Source: an uncultured delta proteobacterium (lineage in GTDB: Bacteria; Desulfobacterota; Binatia; Binatales; Binataceae). From it: 64,000 bases of DNA. Numbering within the stretch: the stretch's first letter is position 1; each line of letters starts with the position of its first letter. Positions 8,632 to 19,257 of the stretch are shown here, one piece after another. The DNA is taken from positions 96,001 through 160,000 of the forward strand of contig CAWCDG010000007.1 of NCBI GenBank assembly GCA_963794325.1. Reading direction: 5' to 3'. The notes below the pieces were generated by a model. That model saw nothing but the letters and a program-made list of their open reading frames with translations, was not told where the DNA came from and ran no database searches. The position numbers were made by a program, and so were the translations under genes.

Positions 8632-10452
8632 TCAGCCGTGCTCGCGCGCATAGCCTCGAGGCAGGCGAGACGCGCCGGCGACTCGGCCCTTCGCGCGTTG
8701 CAGGATAAAGCTGCGGACCGCGCGGCGCGCTTCATTGTCGCTGGCGCAGATTTGAGAACATCCCGCGTTGATAAGCTCGTCCGACGCCTCAACTGAGGCC
8801 GGCCCGCTCGCAACAATCGTCGCGCTCGTCGACATCGAGCGCAGCGCCTTCACCAGTTCAATCGTCGCCGGGATAAATTTCTCGTCGATGCACGAAATGA
8901 ACACGAAGTCCGGCCTGAACCGCTTTACCAGGCCGCAAATTTCGGCCGCCGATTTATTCTCGCCGGAAAAGCTCGCGACCATCCCGTCTATGCGCAGCAG
9001 CTCGAGCAACATCAGCAGGTTCAGGAAGTTCACGTCGCCCGGCGCCATCGCGCCCAGTACTCGCACGCTCGGAGAAATGTGCGCTTTGACGAATCTGCCG
9101 GCCAGCTCGCCGATCAGCTGATGCGTCGTTTCGAGAATGAGCCGCTCGTTTTCCTCGCTGATACTGTTTCCCGCGCGCTCCTCCTTGGTCAGATCCAGGG
9201 CCGGCTGAATCACATCTTCGAAGGTTCGTCCGAGGCCGTTCTCATCGCAGTAGCGAATCGCAACCTGTCTCGCGCCGTCCGGATTCATCTCGAGCAACAT
9301 CCGGTAGAAGTCGTGAAAGTCGGCGAGCACCCGATCCGCGCCGAGCAGTACCGCGAGAAATCCGAGCGGCGGAACATAGTCACCCGACACCTTCAGGCAT
9401 GCGGTCAACGGCGTCGATAGCAGCAGCCCCGGTATTCCCCACAGCCACGACCAGTACATCGCGGATATCAGCAGCGCTACCGGCGAGACGTCGATTCCGT
9501 GCCCGATGATAAACGGCTCGGCAATCTGCGCCGCAACCTGATCGAGAATGATGAGGGCGGCAAGTATCTCGAGCGCCTTGCTCCAGCCGGGGAACATCGC
9601 AAAAGCGACCAGCGCCGGAAGAAACGCGGAACTCATCGCGCCCACGTACGGAATGAATCGCAACAGGAATGCAACCACTCCCCACAGCGCCGCGCTCGGC
9701 AAATCGAGATACCATGCGACGGCTCCGGTGGCGATCCCGTACGCAAGATTGATCGCCGAAAAAAGAAACAAATATCGGCCGACGTTATAGCTCGCGGTCT
9801 CGAGTGCCTCCGCCGCGATCGGAACTCTCGCGCGCGCCGCTAGCCGGACAAATCGATCGCGCAAATCCTTTCTGCTGTAGAGCAGAAAAAACAGCAGCAC
9901 GATGATCAGCAGCGTGTTGACGATCAGGTCGATTATCGGCGCAACCGGCTTCAGGCTGTCACCTAGCGGCGACGCTATCGGCATCGCTACCACTTCGCGA
10001 GGACGCCGCGGTGGAGGATTCGCGCTCTCCACGCGGCGCTGCACGTCGGTCACCGCCTCCTTGACGTGCTGAAGCCATACCGGCGTGTTCTTTTCCAGCG
10101 CCGCTATCTTATTCCCGATATTGTCCGAATACTCGGAAACCTGGTCGGCGACCGTCGTCAATTCAGTGGTCAGGAAATAACCAAGAGCACCGATGAAGCC
10201 GATCACAAGAATCACTACCAGTGCCGCGCTGATGAAGCGCCCGCAGTACGGCTCGAGGCGGCTCGCTACCGGACTGAACACCACGCTCATTATCAGCGCG
10301 ATCGCGAGCGGGAGCAGGACCGGTTTCGCGAAATAGAGAGCAGCGGTGCCGATGATCAACGCGCATATCGGAACCGCGACCCAAAGCAGTTCGAAGCGAT
10401 CGTCGATCTCCTCGTAGGACAATTGCTCCGAATCGTGTTCAATTTCCGCCAA
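8632..10452 (-). CDS. AI-2E (PerM) family membrane protein with C-terminal B12-binding-like domain
   Basis: PVLLPLAIA, LRFIPYVG and WLWGIPGLLLSTPLT AI-2E motifs. The soluble C-terminal region has a helical cap plus Rossmann-like segment (RFRPDFVFISC). Confidence 0.85.
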   Translation of the reverse strand: MAEIEHDSEQLSYEEIDDRFELLWVAVPICALIIGTAALYFAKPVLLPLAIALIMSVVFSPVASRLEPYCGRFISAALVVILVIGFIGALGYFLTTELTTVADQVSEYSDNIGNKIAALEKNTPVWLQHVKEAVTDVQRRVESANPPPRRPREVVAMPIASPLGDSLKPVAPIIDLIVNTLLIIVLLFFLLYSRKDLRDRFVRLAARARVPIAAEALETASYNVGRYLFLFSAINLAYGIATGAVAWYLDLPSAALWGVVAFLLRFIPYVGAMSSAFLPALVAFAMFPGWSKALEILAALIILDQVAAQIAEPFIIGHGIDVSPVALLISAMYWSWLWGIPGLLLSTPLTACLKVSGDYVPPLGFLAVLLGADRVLADFHDFYRMLLEMNPDGARQVAIRYCDENGLGRTFEDVIQPALDLTKEERAGNSISEENERLILETTHQLIGELAGRFVKAHISPSVRVLGAMAPGDVNFLNLLMLLELLRIDGMVASFSGENKSAAEICGLVKRFRPDFVFISCIDEKFIPATIELVKALRSMSTSATIVASGPASVEASDELINAGCSQICASDNEARRAVRSFILQRAKGRVAGASRLPRGYAREHG

Positions 10453-11064
10453 CGAGAATCACCTCGACACCTGACGAGCTTGGTGCCGCTATTCTTTGTG
10501 CAATACCTATTCCACGTCGCAACTACGCCGATTGCACACGCCCGAGCGCGCAATCTTTGCCGAACTCAGCGATCCCTGCATTTTTTTCCGAGTCATTTGG
10601 GCCGTAGAAATCATGCGCCGCAAAACCGATTGGAAGATTGCGTTCCGCAAGCCATTTTCCCCGGCCTCGATGTTCGGCACATCGATTGCTCTCTAGGTCC
10701 CGATAGCTCGGAGGGTGCGTCGGAGCCCGCAAAACTACTTCACCCTCAACCCCGGTCCCCCATGCGGCTCCGGCGCAACCCTCCGATTAAAAATGCGCGC
10801 GAATCTTCATTAAAATCGCCGACCGTCATTCGCGGGCCCCGATGGCGCCTGAAATGTCCCGTTTTATCTATACATTTTGGCGATTTCCGGATGACTCAGC
10901 CGATTCTTCAGGATACGGTAAAATAGATATCGCCAGCGCCCTACTGGATTTCGCTCGCCGCGAAATATAAGAAGGCAGGTCCGGGGAAACGCTGAAAATT
11001 AGGCGTCCCCGCAAACGCGATTGCGCTAAGATTCGCGCGGAGAGCGCGCGGGAGGTTGCAAGTC

Positions 11065-11946
11065 ATGCCGGCTCGTTCCATATCAACCGCCAGTCTGACC
11101 TTCGGACTCGTCTCGATTCCCGTGCGATTGTTCCCCGCAACGAGTTCCAAATCGGTGTCCTTCCATCTGCTGCACGCGAAGGACATGAGCCGGATTCAGC
11201 AGAAAATTTATTGCCCCAAGGAAGACAAGATCGTCGATCGCAGCGAGCTGGTCCGCGGCTACGAAGTCGAAAAGGATCGCTACGTCACCTTCACCGACGA
11301 AGAGCTGAAAAAACTCGAAGCGCAAGCCGATCGCGCCGTCGAAATAACCGAGTTCATCCCCGCGTCGGAAGTCGACCCGGTATATTTCGAAAATTCGTAT
11401 CTGCTCGGATGCGAGCCGACTTCGGCCAAGGCGTACCATCTGCTGCAGGAGGCGATGACCAAGGCCGATAAAGTGGGCGTCGCGAAATACACGATGCGCG
11501 GAAAGGAACGCCTCGTGCTGATACGCCCGTACGACGGCGGCCTGATGCTGCATACGATGTACTACAACGACGAGATCCGCTCGTTCGGGGAAATCGATCA
11601 CGGCGTCAACGCTACGGTCAAAGAATCAGAGCTCGGCCTAGCGCAGCGGCTCCTGGATGACCTCACTGAAAAAAAATTCAAGCCCGACGAATTCAAGGAT
11701 AATTATCGAGAGCGCGTGATCGAGGCGGCCGAACAAAAGATGGCGGGTCACGAATTGACCGAGCCCGCCCCCGAAGCGGCCCACGGCAAAGTGATCGATC
11801 TGATGAGTGCGCTAAAGGAATCGCTCAAAAAGCGCGGCGTCGCAGTCAACGAAGATCGCGAAGAGGCTCCCGCCACCGCAGAAGCCGAAGAACGCAAAGT
11901 CGCCCAGGGCTCGCGAAGACCATCGCGCGCCCGGCGCGCCCACTAG
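11065..11946 (+). CDS. ku: Ku protein (non-homologous end joining)
   Basis: LTFGLVSIPVRLFPAT, LVRGYEVEK, VDPVYFENSY and VIDLMSALKESL motifs; basic tail; GGAGG RBS at 11051. Confidence 0.97.
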   Translation: MPARSISTASLTFGLVSIPVRLFPATSSKSVSFHLLHAKDMSRIQQKIYCPKEDKIVDRSELVRGYEVEKDRYVTFTDEELKKLEAQADRAVEITEFIPASEVDPVYFENSYLLGCEPTSAKAYHLLQEAMTKADKVGVAKYTMRGKERLVLIRPYDGGLMLHTMYYNDEIRSFGEIDHGVNATVKESELGLAQRLLDDLTEKKFKPDEFKDNYRERVIEAAEQKMAGHELTEPAPEAAHGKVIDLMSALKESLKKRGVAVNEDREEAPATAEAEERKVAQGSRRPSRARRAH

Positions 11947-11973
11947 CGATTGGATCACACGCAGCGACGATCG

Positions 11974-14622
11974 ATGTCGCTAACCAAATACCGCCGCAAA
12001 CGAAGCGCCGAAAACACTCCCGAACCGTTCGGTCGCGAGGTTCCGACCCCAACTTCCAACACCAGCGGCAGCTTCGTCGTTCAGAAGCATGCGGCGCGAC
12101 GCCTCCACTACGACTTTCGACTCGAGATGGAAGGCGTCTTGCGCTCATGGGCGGTCCCCAAAGGACCCTCGATGAATCCCGTCGACAAGCATCTCGCAGT
12201 CGCCGTCGAGGACCATCCGCTGGAATACGGCGATTTCGAAGGCGTCATTCCACCCGGAAATTACGGCGCAGGCTCGGTCATCGTCTGGGATCGCGGCGTG
12301 TACGAAGTCATCGACCCTCCGGGAGACGCCGCCGACGCGGTCCGCAAGGGGAAAATCGATATCAACCTGCACGGCTTCAAACTGAACGGCGCGTTCACCC
12401 TCGTGCATACCGGAGGCCGTCGCAATGGCGACCCAAAGGACGAGAAGAACTGGCTGCTGATCAAAAAGCGCGACCAATACGCGACGACTGAAAATGTATT
12501 CGACGCGCATCCGCGCTCTGTCCTGTCCGGATCGACCATTGAAGAACTAGCCGACGCGCCCGCCGCCGAGCGCAAGCTCGCTGACAGTCTCGCGCACAAG
12601 CATCTTCCTGAACTGAATACAAAGCTGAAATACTCAGACTTCCCTCTGACGCTTGCCAAAAGCGTTGATGATCCTTTCGACAATGACAAGTGGCTATTCG
12701 AAATAAAATACGACGGCGTGCGCGTACTGGCTATTCGCGAAGGTGAGAATACTCATTTGTACGCCCGCAAGGGTACCGATATTACTAATCGATATCCCGA
12801 AGTAGTGCTCGCGCTGAACTCGATTGCGCTCGACAGGTTCGTGCTCGACGGCGAGATCGTCGCTCCTGATGATCGCGGACGTCCGAGCTTCCAACTCCTG
12901 CAAAGAAGGATGCACGTCAACGATGCACGTCAGATCGCTCGCCTGAGCCTGGCGGTGCCGGTCAACTACCACGTCTTCGATCTGCTAGGCTTCGATCGTT
13001 TCGACACGCGCACGCTCCCTCTCGAAGAACGCAAACGTCTCCTTGGCGAGTTGATCCACAGTGACGGTCCGGTCCGCTACTGCGATCATGTGATCGGCCG
13101 GGGCAAGGATTTTTACGATGTAATATCCGAGCACGAGCTGGAAGGTATGGTAGCCAAACTGCGCGATTCACCTTATCGCGGGACGCGCACCGGCGATTGG
13201 CTGAAGATCAAACGCCCGCTGACCAGATATTTTGTGATCGGCGGCTACAGCGACCCCGACGGAACTCGAACTCACTTCGGCGCGCTGCTGCTCGGCCAAT
13301 ACGAATCGGACGACGCGCTCCGATACACCGACAAGGCCGGCTCGGGCTTTAGCCAGGAAACCTTGCGTAAGATTCATGCGATGCTTGCCGAGCGTGCGCA
13401 GCAGGAATCGCCGTTCCGAAAACCAGCTCCGGGCGAGCCCTCTCCCGGACAAAATGTGCATTTCGTGCGGCCAGAACTGGTCTGCAAGGTTCGCTTCACC
13501 GAATGGACCGATAGCGGCGGCATCCGCCAGCCGAGCTTTTTGGGCATGGCGCCGGACGTCGATCCGCGGGATTGCAAATACGAGGGGCCGGGAGCCTTGC
13601 CACTGTCCGATAGCGAAGACAACGAGGTTGCGGAAACAAACGGAAGCGCCGATGTGAAGCAATCCAAAGCTCGGAGCAAGGCCGCGACCGCACCACCCGC
13701 GGAACCGAAGGCGTCGGTTACCAATCCTGAAAAAATCTTCTGGCCGAATGACGGCTACACCAAGGGCGACCTGGTCGCATACTATCGCGCGATTTCAAAA
13801 TGGATGTTGCCGTACCTGAAGGACCGGCCGGTGATGCTCACCCGATGGCCCGACGGAATCGACGGCAAGATGTTCTATCAGAAGGATGCACCCGCATTCG
13901 CGCCGCCGTGGATTCGTACCGAGAAGATATACTCCGAGGACTCGCAGCGGGAGATTTCCTATTTCATCATCGACAGCGAAGAGGCGCTCGCCTACGTCGC
14001 GAACCTCGCCGCGATCACGATTCATATGTGGTCGTCGCGCATTCAGCACCTCGAGCGTCCCGACTGGCTACTGTTCGATATCGATCCCAAGGGCAGCACG
14101 ACCATGAATGCGGTAGAAGTCGCGCGCGAAGTAGCTAATGTGCTGCGCGAGGTAGGACTGGAACCAGTTCTGAAGACTTCGGGCCAAATGGGTCTCCATG
14201 TAGTAGTCGGACTAGCGCCGAAATATACTTACGAACAAGCGAAGATGTTCTCGGAGTTAGTAGCGCAGGTAGTAGTCAGCCGCATCCCTAAAGTCGCGAC
14301 GATCAACCGCAATCCGCACACTCGCAAAGGCCGCGTGTATATCGACTACTTGCAACTCGGCCACGGCAAGACTATCGCCGCGACATTCTCAGTGCGTCCG
14401 GTCCCGCGCGCCCCGGTCTCCGCGCCGATGACCTGGAAGGAACTGAAGCCGTCTCTGGATCCCACGATCTACAACATCAAAACGATGCCCGCCCGAATGT
14501 CGCGAATGAAACGCGATCCTTTCCTCGACGCAATCGAAAAGCACGCCGTCCTGGAGGACGCCCTCCCTCATTTGGAGACACTGCTCAGCGGCTCTGGAAG
14601 CCGCTCTCAGGTCACTCTTTAG
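11974..14622 (+). CDS. ligD: DNA ligase D (phosphoesterase-ligase-polymerase)
   Basis: PE domain FVVQKHAARRLHYDFRLE; ligase motif I EIKYDGVR and LDGE; polymerase TKGDLVAYY, FDIDP, KTSG and YIDYLQ. Directly downstream of ku. Confidence 0.97.
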   Translation: MSLTKYRRKRSAENTPEPFGREVPTPTSNTSGSFVVQKHAARRLHYDFRLEMEGVLRSWAVPKGPSMNPVDKHLAVAVEDHPLEYGDFEGVIPPGNYGAGSVIVWDRGVYEVIDPPGDAADAVRKGKIDINLHGFKLNGAFTLVHTGGRRNGDPKDEKNWLLIKKRDQYATTENVFDAHPRSVLSGSTIEELADAPAAERKLADSLAHKHLPELNTKLKYSDFPLTLAKSVDDPFDNDKWLFEIKYDGVRVLAIREGENTHLYARKGTDITNRYPEVVLALNSIALDRFVLDGEIVAPDDRGRPSFQLLQRRMHVNDARQIARLSLAVPVNYHVFDLLGFDRFDTRTLPLEERKRLLGELIHSDGPVRYCDHVIGRGKDFYDVISEHELEGMVAKLRDSPYRGTRTGDWLKIKRPLTRYFVIGGYSDPDGTRTHFGALLLGQYESDDALRYTDKAGSGFSQETLRKIHAMLAERAQQESPFRKPAPGEPSPGQNVHFVRPELVCKVRFTEWTDSGGIRQPSFLGMAPDVDPRDCKYEGPGALPLSDSEDNEVAETNGSADVKQSKARSKAATAPPAEPKASVTNPEKIFWPNDGYTKGDLVAYYRAISKWMLPYLKDRPVMLTRWPDGIDGKMFYQKDAPAFAPPWIRTEKIYSEDSQREISYFIIDSEEALAYVANLAAITIHMWSSRIQHLERPDWLLFDIDPKGSTTMNAVEVAREVANVLREVGLEPVLKTSGQMGLHVVVGLAPKYTYEQAKMFSELVAQVVVSRIPKVATINRNPHTRKGRVYIDYLQLGHGKTIAATFSVRPVPRAPVSAPMTWKELKPSLDPTIYNIKTMPARMSRMKRDPFLDAIEKHAVLEDALPHLETLLSGSGSRSQVTL

Positions 14623-14995
14623 CCTTCGGCGGCGCAGTCACTTCATTGAACGCGCGGATAGCTTCCACTGCGGTCGGTACGCCGCTGTACTGCGAGACGT
14701 GAACGATCAGCTCTTTGATCTCCTCGGGCGGGATCCCGAGGTTCAACGCTCCGCGCATATGCAGTCGCAGCTCGGGTCCGCGTCCGAGCGCCATCAGAGC
14801 GGTCATGGTGAGTAGCGAGCGCAACTTGATGGGCAAGCCCGGACGACTCCAGATCGTGCCGAACAGTTGCTCGTTGAGAAAGGTGGCGAATCCCTCGTCG
14901 AAGGTTCGGAGGAACTTGTCGCCGTCCTGTGCGGCCTTCTCGCCAAACAACTTGGTGCGCACTTCCATTCCTTTCTTCGCTGATTCGTCAGACAT
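14612..14995 (-). CDS. Carboxymuconolactone decarboxylase family protein
   Basis: FGTIWSRPGL...RSLLT...ELRLHMRGAL...YSGVP pattern. Confidence 0.9.
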   Translation of the reverse strand: MSDESAKKGMEVRTKLFGEKAAQDGDKFLRTFDEGFATFLNEQLFGTIWSRPGLPIKLRSLLTMTALMALGRGPELRLHMRGALNLGIPPEEIKELIVHVSQYSGVPTAVEAIRAFNEVTAPPKAKE

Positions 14996-15025
14996 GCGAA
15001 CACCTCCGCGGTGAAGTTGCGACAG

Positions 15026-15805
15026 TTATGCGTTGCGAATCATCAGGCCGCCATCAACCGGAATGACGGCGCCGGTGATGTATGAAGCGGCCGGCAGGCA
15101 AAGGCTGAACGTTATATGCGCGACCTCTTCCGGATAGCCGTATCGCTTAAGCGCAGTGCGGCGCTTGGCGAAAATCGTCTTGTGCTCTTCGGGGATCGCG
15201 TCGGTCAGAGCGGTGCGAATCGGTCCGGGGCAGATGCAATTCACCGTTATTCCCTCGGGCCCGAGATCAACCGCCAGCGCGCGCGTGAGCCCTATCACTC
15301 CGGTCTTCGCGACTGCGTAAGGACTGTCGCCAGGAGTCGCGCCGAGACCCTCAGTCGATGCGATATTGACGATGCGCGCGGCGTCAGACTTACGAAGATG
15401 CACCAGCGCGGCACGGACCATCCGCTGTTGCCCAGTTAGCAAGCCCGCGATGGTGCGATCCCAGATGAGATCGTAATCGTCGTTGCCGAGCGGGGAGAAT
15501 CCGCCGAAGCCGGCGTTATTAATGAGAATGTCGAGGCGGCCAAAATGCGCGGCGACTTCCGCGACGACGCGCTTGATCTCGGCCGCGTCGGACACGTCGA
15601 GCCGCCATCCATGCGCGGTCCCTCCATTGGCTGCAATCTCCTCAACGACGCGGGCAACGCCCGCTTCATTGATATCGGTAATCGCAACCAGCGCGCCGTG
15701 CTGTGCAAATAGATGAGCGGTCGCACGGCCCATCCCGCTGGCCGCGCCAGTGACGATCACCGCGCGTCCCTTAACCGATCGATCGAGTTTCTTCACTGGA
15801 TCCAT
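15026..15805 (-). CDS. Short-chain dehydrogenase/reductase
   Basis: TGAASGMG, NNAG, YAVAK catalytic motif, VNCICPG. Confidence 0.95.
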   Translation of the reverse strand: MDPVKKLDRSVKGRAVIVTGAASGMGRATAHLFAQHGALVAITDINEAGVARVVEEIAANGGTAHGWRLDVSDAAEIKRVVAEVAAHFGRLDILINNAGFGGFSPLGNDDYDLIWDRTIAGLLTGQQRMVRAALVHLRKSDAARIVNIASTEGLGATPGDSPYAVAKTGVIGLTRALAVDLGPEGITVNCICPGPIRTALTDAIPEEHKTIFAKRRTALKRYGYPEEVAHITFSLCLPAASYITGAVIPVDGGLMIRNA

Positions 15806-15899
15806 TTCAATTCTCCGTGCCGATAATTTCGAGCTACCACACCGAGGTCAGTTGAGGTAGTGAAACAGAGTAATTGTCACAACGAAGCGGGAGATAACA

Positions 15900-16691
15900 A
15901 TGGAATTCGAACGCGCGAAACTCGAGATAGATGGACCGGTCGGAATCGTAACGCTCAATCATCCGGAAGTCATGAATGCGGTCTCAGTCGAGATGCTCGG
16001 CGGACTGATGAAGGCGCTTGACCAGGTCGAAGATCCAAAGAATGGCGTGCGATGCATCCTGATGACGGGCGCGGGCCGCGGCTTCTGCGCGGGCGCCAAC
16101 CTGCAACCAAGCGGCGGCGGTCCCAGCGGCTCGCGCGATGCCGGCTCGGTGCTCGAAACACAGTATCATCCGTTCCTGCGCCGCCTTCGCGAGCTTCCGA
16201 TTCCGTTCGTCACCGCGGTGAACGGCGCCGCGGCGGGCGTCGGAATGAGCTTTGCGCTGATGGGCGATCTCGTCGTGTGCGCGCGCTCCGCCTATTTCCT
16301 GCAGGCGTTCCGGCGCATCGGTTTGATTCCCGACGGCGGCTCGACCTGGATTCTGCCGCGCCTGATCGGCAAGGCGCGCGCGATGGAGCTGTCACTGATG
16401 GGCGAGAAGTTGCCAGCCGAGAAAGCGCTCGAATGGGGCCTCATCAACCGAGTCTTCGACGACGCGGATCTGATCGCGAAAGCCAAAGAGTTCGCCCGCG
16501 ACCTCGCGAGCGGACCGACGGTCGCACTCAGCCTGATTCGGCGCCTGTACTGGGAGAGCGCCGACAACACCTATGAAGAGCAGCTGAACCTCGAGCGTCA
16601 AATGCAACGTAGGGCCGGCCAGTCGGCGGACTTCGCCGAAGGCGTGCGCGCGTTCCTGGAGAAACGTTCCGCGAAGTTCAAAGGTGAATGA
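15900..16691 (+). CDS. Enoyl-CoA hydratase/isomerase (PaaG-like)
   Basis: GRGFCAGANL, AVNGAAAGVG, IGLIPDGG, DFAEGVRAFLEKR. Confidence 0.93.
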   Translation: MEFERAKLEIDGPVGIVTLNHPEVMNAVSVEMLGGLMKALDQVEDPKNGVRCILMTGAGRGFCAGANLQPSGGGPSGSRDAGSVLETQYHPFLRRLRELPIPFVTAVNGAAAGVGMSFALMGDLVVCARSAYFLQAFRRIGLIPDGGSTWILPRLIGKARAMELSLMGEKLPAEKALEWGLINRVFDDADLIAKAKEFARDLASGPTVALSLIRRLYWESADNTYEEQLNLERQMQRRAGQSADFAEGVRAFLEKRSAKFKGE

Positions 16692-16692
16692 T

Positions 16693-17733
16693 ATGGCGAA
16701 CACCGAAACAGATCGCGACTCGTGGCTCGCGAAAGTCAGCGAAGCTGCGCTCGAACCGGAACTGCCGATCGTCGATCCGCATCATCACCTGTGGGACCAT
16801 CCCGGCTCTCGCTATATGCTCGACGAGATTTTGCGCGACGCCAATTCGGGGCATCGCGTGCTCGCGACGGTGTTCGTCGAATGCATGTCGATGTATCGCG
16901 CGGACGGCCCCGAATCGATGCGGCCGGTCGGCGAGACCGAGTTCGTCAACGGCATCGCGGCCCAAAGCGCGAGTGGACAATACGGCGAGACTCGCGTCGC
17001 GGCGGGAATCGTCGGCTTCGCGGACTTGACGTTGGGCGAGGCAGTCTTGCCGGTGCTCGAGGCGCACATCGCCGCGGCGCCCATGCGCTTTCGGGGAATC
17101 CGGCACGCGGGCGGCTTCGACGCGAGTCCGGACGTGCGGAACTCGCACACCAACCCGCCGGCGGATCTGTACGAATCGAAAAAGTTTCGCGAAGGTTTTG
17201 CCAGGCTGAGCGAACTCGGTCTCACTTTCGAGGCTTGGCAGTACCATCCGCAGATGCCGGCAGTCACCACGCTCGCGAGGGCTTTCCCCGACACGACGAT
17301 CATCCTTAATCACTTTGGAGGCCCGCTGGGGATCGGTCCCTACGAAGGCCGGCGCGCGGAGGTATTCGGCGAATGGAAGAAGAATCTCACGGAGCTCGCA
17401 CGATGGCCGAACGTCGTGGTCAAGCTCGGCGGGATCAACATGCCGGTGAACGGATTCGGCTGGCATCGCAGGCCGTCGCCACCGACCTCGGACGAACTGG
17501 TGTCGGCGACGCGCGACTACTATCTCCACGCGATCGACAGGTTCGGGCCGCAGCGATGTATGTTCGAGAGCAACTTCCCGGTTGACCGGGTTTCATGTTC
17601 GTATGTCGTGCTGTGGAACGCGTTCAAGAAGATGGCCGCAGGCTTCACGAGGGACGAAAAGGCGCAGCTATTCCATCGCACCGCGGCCGAGGTTTACCGG
17701 CTGCCGATTGCAGCCAAGGAACCCAGCGCCTAG
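16693..17733 (+). CDS. Amidohydrolase_2 family protein
   Basis: IVDPHHHLWD, FRGIRH, ILNHFGGP, CMFESNFPVD. Confidence 0.92.
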   Translation: MANTETDRDSWLAKVSEAALEPELPIVDPHHHLWDHPGSRYMLDEILRDANSGHRVLATVFVECMSMYRADGPESMRPVGETEFVNGIAAQSASGQYGETRVAAGIVGFADLTLGEAVLPVLEAHIAAAPMRFRGIRHAGGFDASPDVRNSHTNPPADLYESKKFREGFARLSELGLTFEAWQYHPQMPAVTTLARAFPDTTIILNHFGGPLGIGPYEGRRAEVFGEWKKNLTELARWPNVVVKLGGINMPVNGFGWHRRPSPPTSDELVSATRDYYLHAIDRFGPQRCMFESNFPVDRVSCSYVVLWNAFKKMAAGFTRDEKAQLFHRTAAEVYRLPIAAKEPSA

Positions 17734-17830
17734 GCCTTCCGCGCGGTTCGGTCTGATTGAACAAATCGTGCGATCGATTGTCACGCCTTATTTGTGACGG
17801 CACAGGCCGAGCAAACGAGCGAGGTGACCA

Positions 17831-18007
17831 ATGGCGACGACCCTTACCCGACAGAGAGTGACTGGTTTAATCGATCACGCGAAAGATACCGAAATACCGG
17901 GATGGGAAGTCGCCTTGGACCGGTTGGGCCGCGAGCTCGTGTCCGCTTTCTTCATCGCGATGGCAGTGATGTGGGTGGTGACCGCGGTCGCCGGGATCTT
18001 TCGGTAA
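17831..18007 (+). CDS. Small single-TM protein (58 aa), below the ORF-track cutoff
   Basis: GAGGTG RBS then ATG 17831. MATTLTRQRVTGLIDHAKDTEIPGWEVALDRLGRELVSAFFIAMAVMWVVTAVAGIFR*. Confidence 0.65.
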   Translation: MATTLTRQRVTGLIDHAKDTEIPGWEVALDRLGRELVSAFFIAMAVMWVVTAVAGIFR

Positions 18008-18057
18008 CTAGGCCAATTCCACGTCGAGCAGGTAGACGCAGGATCATCGCCTGCAAT

Positions 18058-19041
<984 letters not shown>

Positions 19042-19257
19042 TCACATTCATAATAGTCATAGCGAAACGGGGACGGCGATCGAAAGCGCGGTTCCACTGT
19101 CTCCAGATGACTCGCTGCAGCCGCCATCGCGTGAATAGTTTCATCGTGAATTTCTTTCGCCGCCGCTGAACCTGCTAGACTCGCATGACTGGTCGCTGCG
19201 TGGGGTGCAACGGCCGGCCAGCCCGCTTGGACCGCGTTGGATAGAGAGGGAGGATTC

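Noticed and set aside
10453-11050. Gene or ncRNA in the 600-bp gap before ku
   Set aside because: No ORF with recognisable features and no convincing stem-terminator unit found by eye.
11065-14622. Ku-LigD as a novel system
   Set aside because: Canonical bacterial NHEJ pair with the known PE-LIG-POL domain order.
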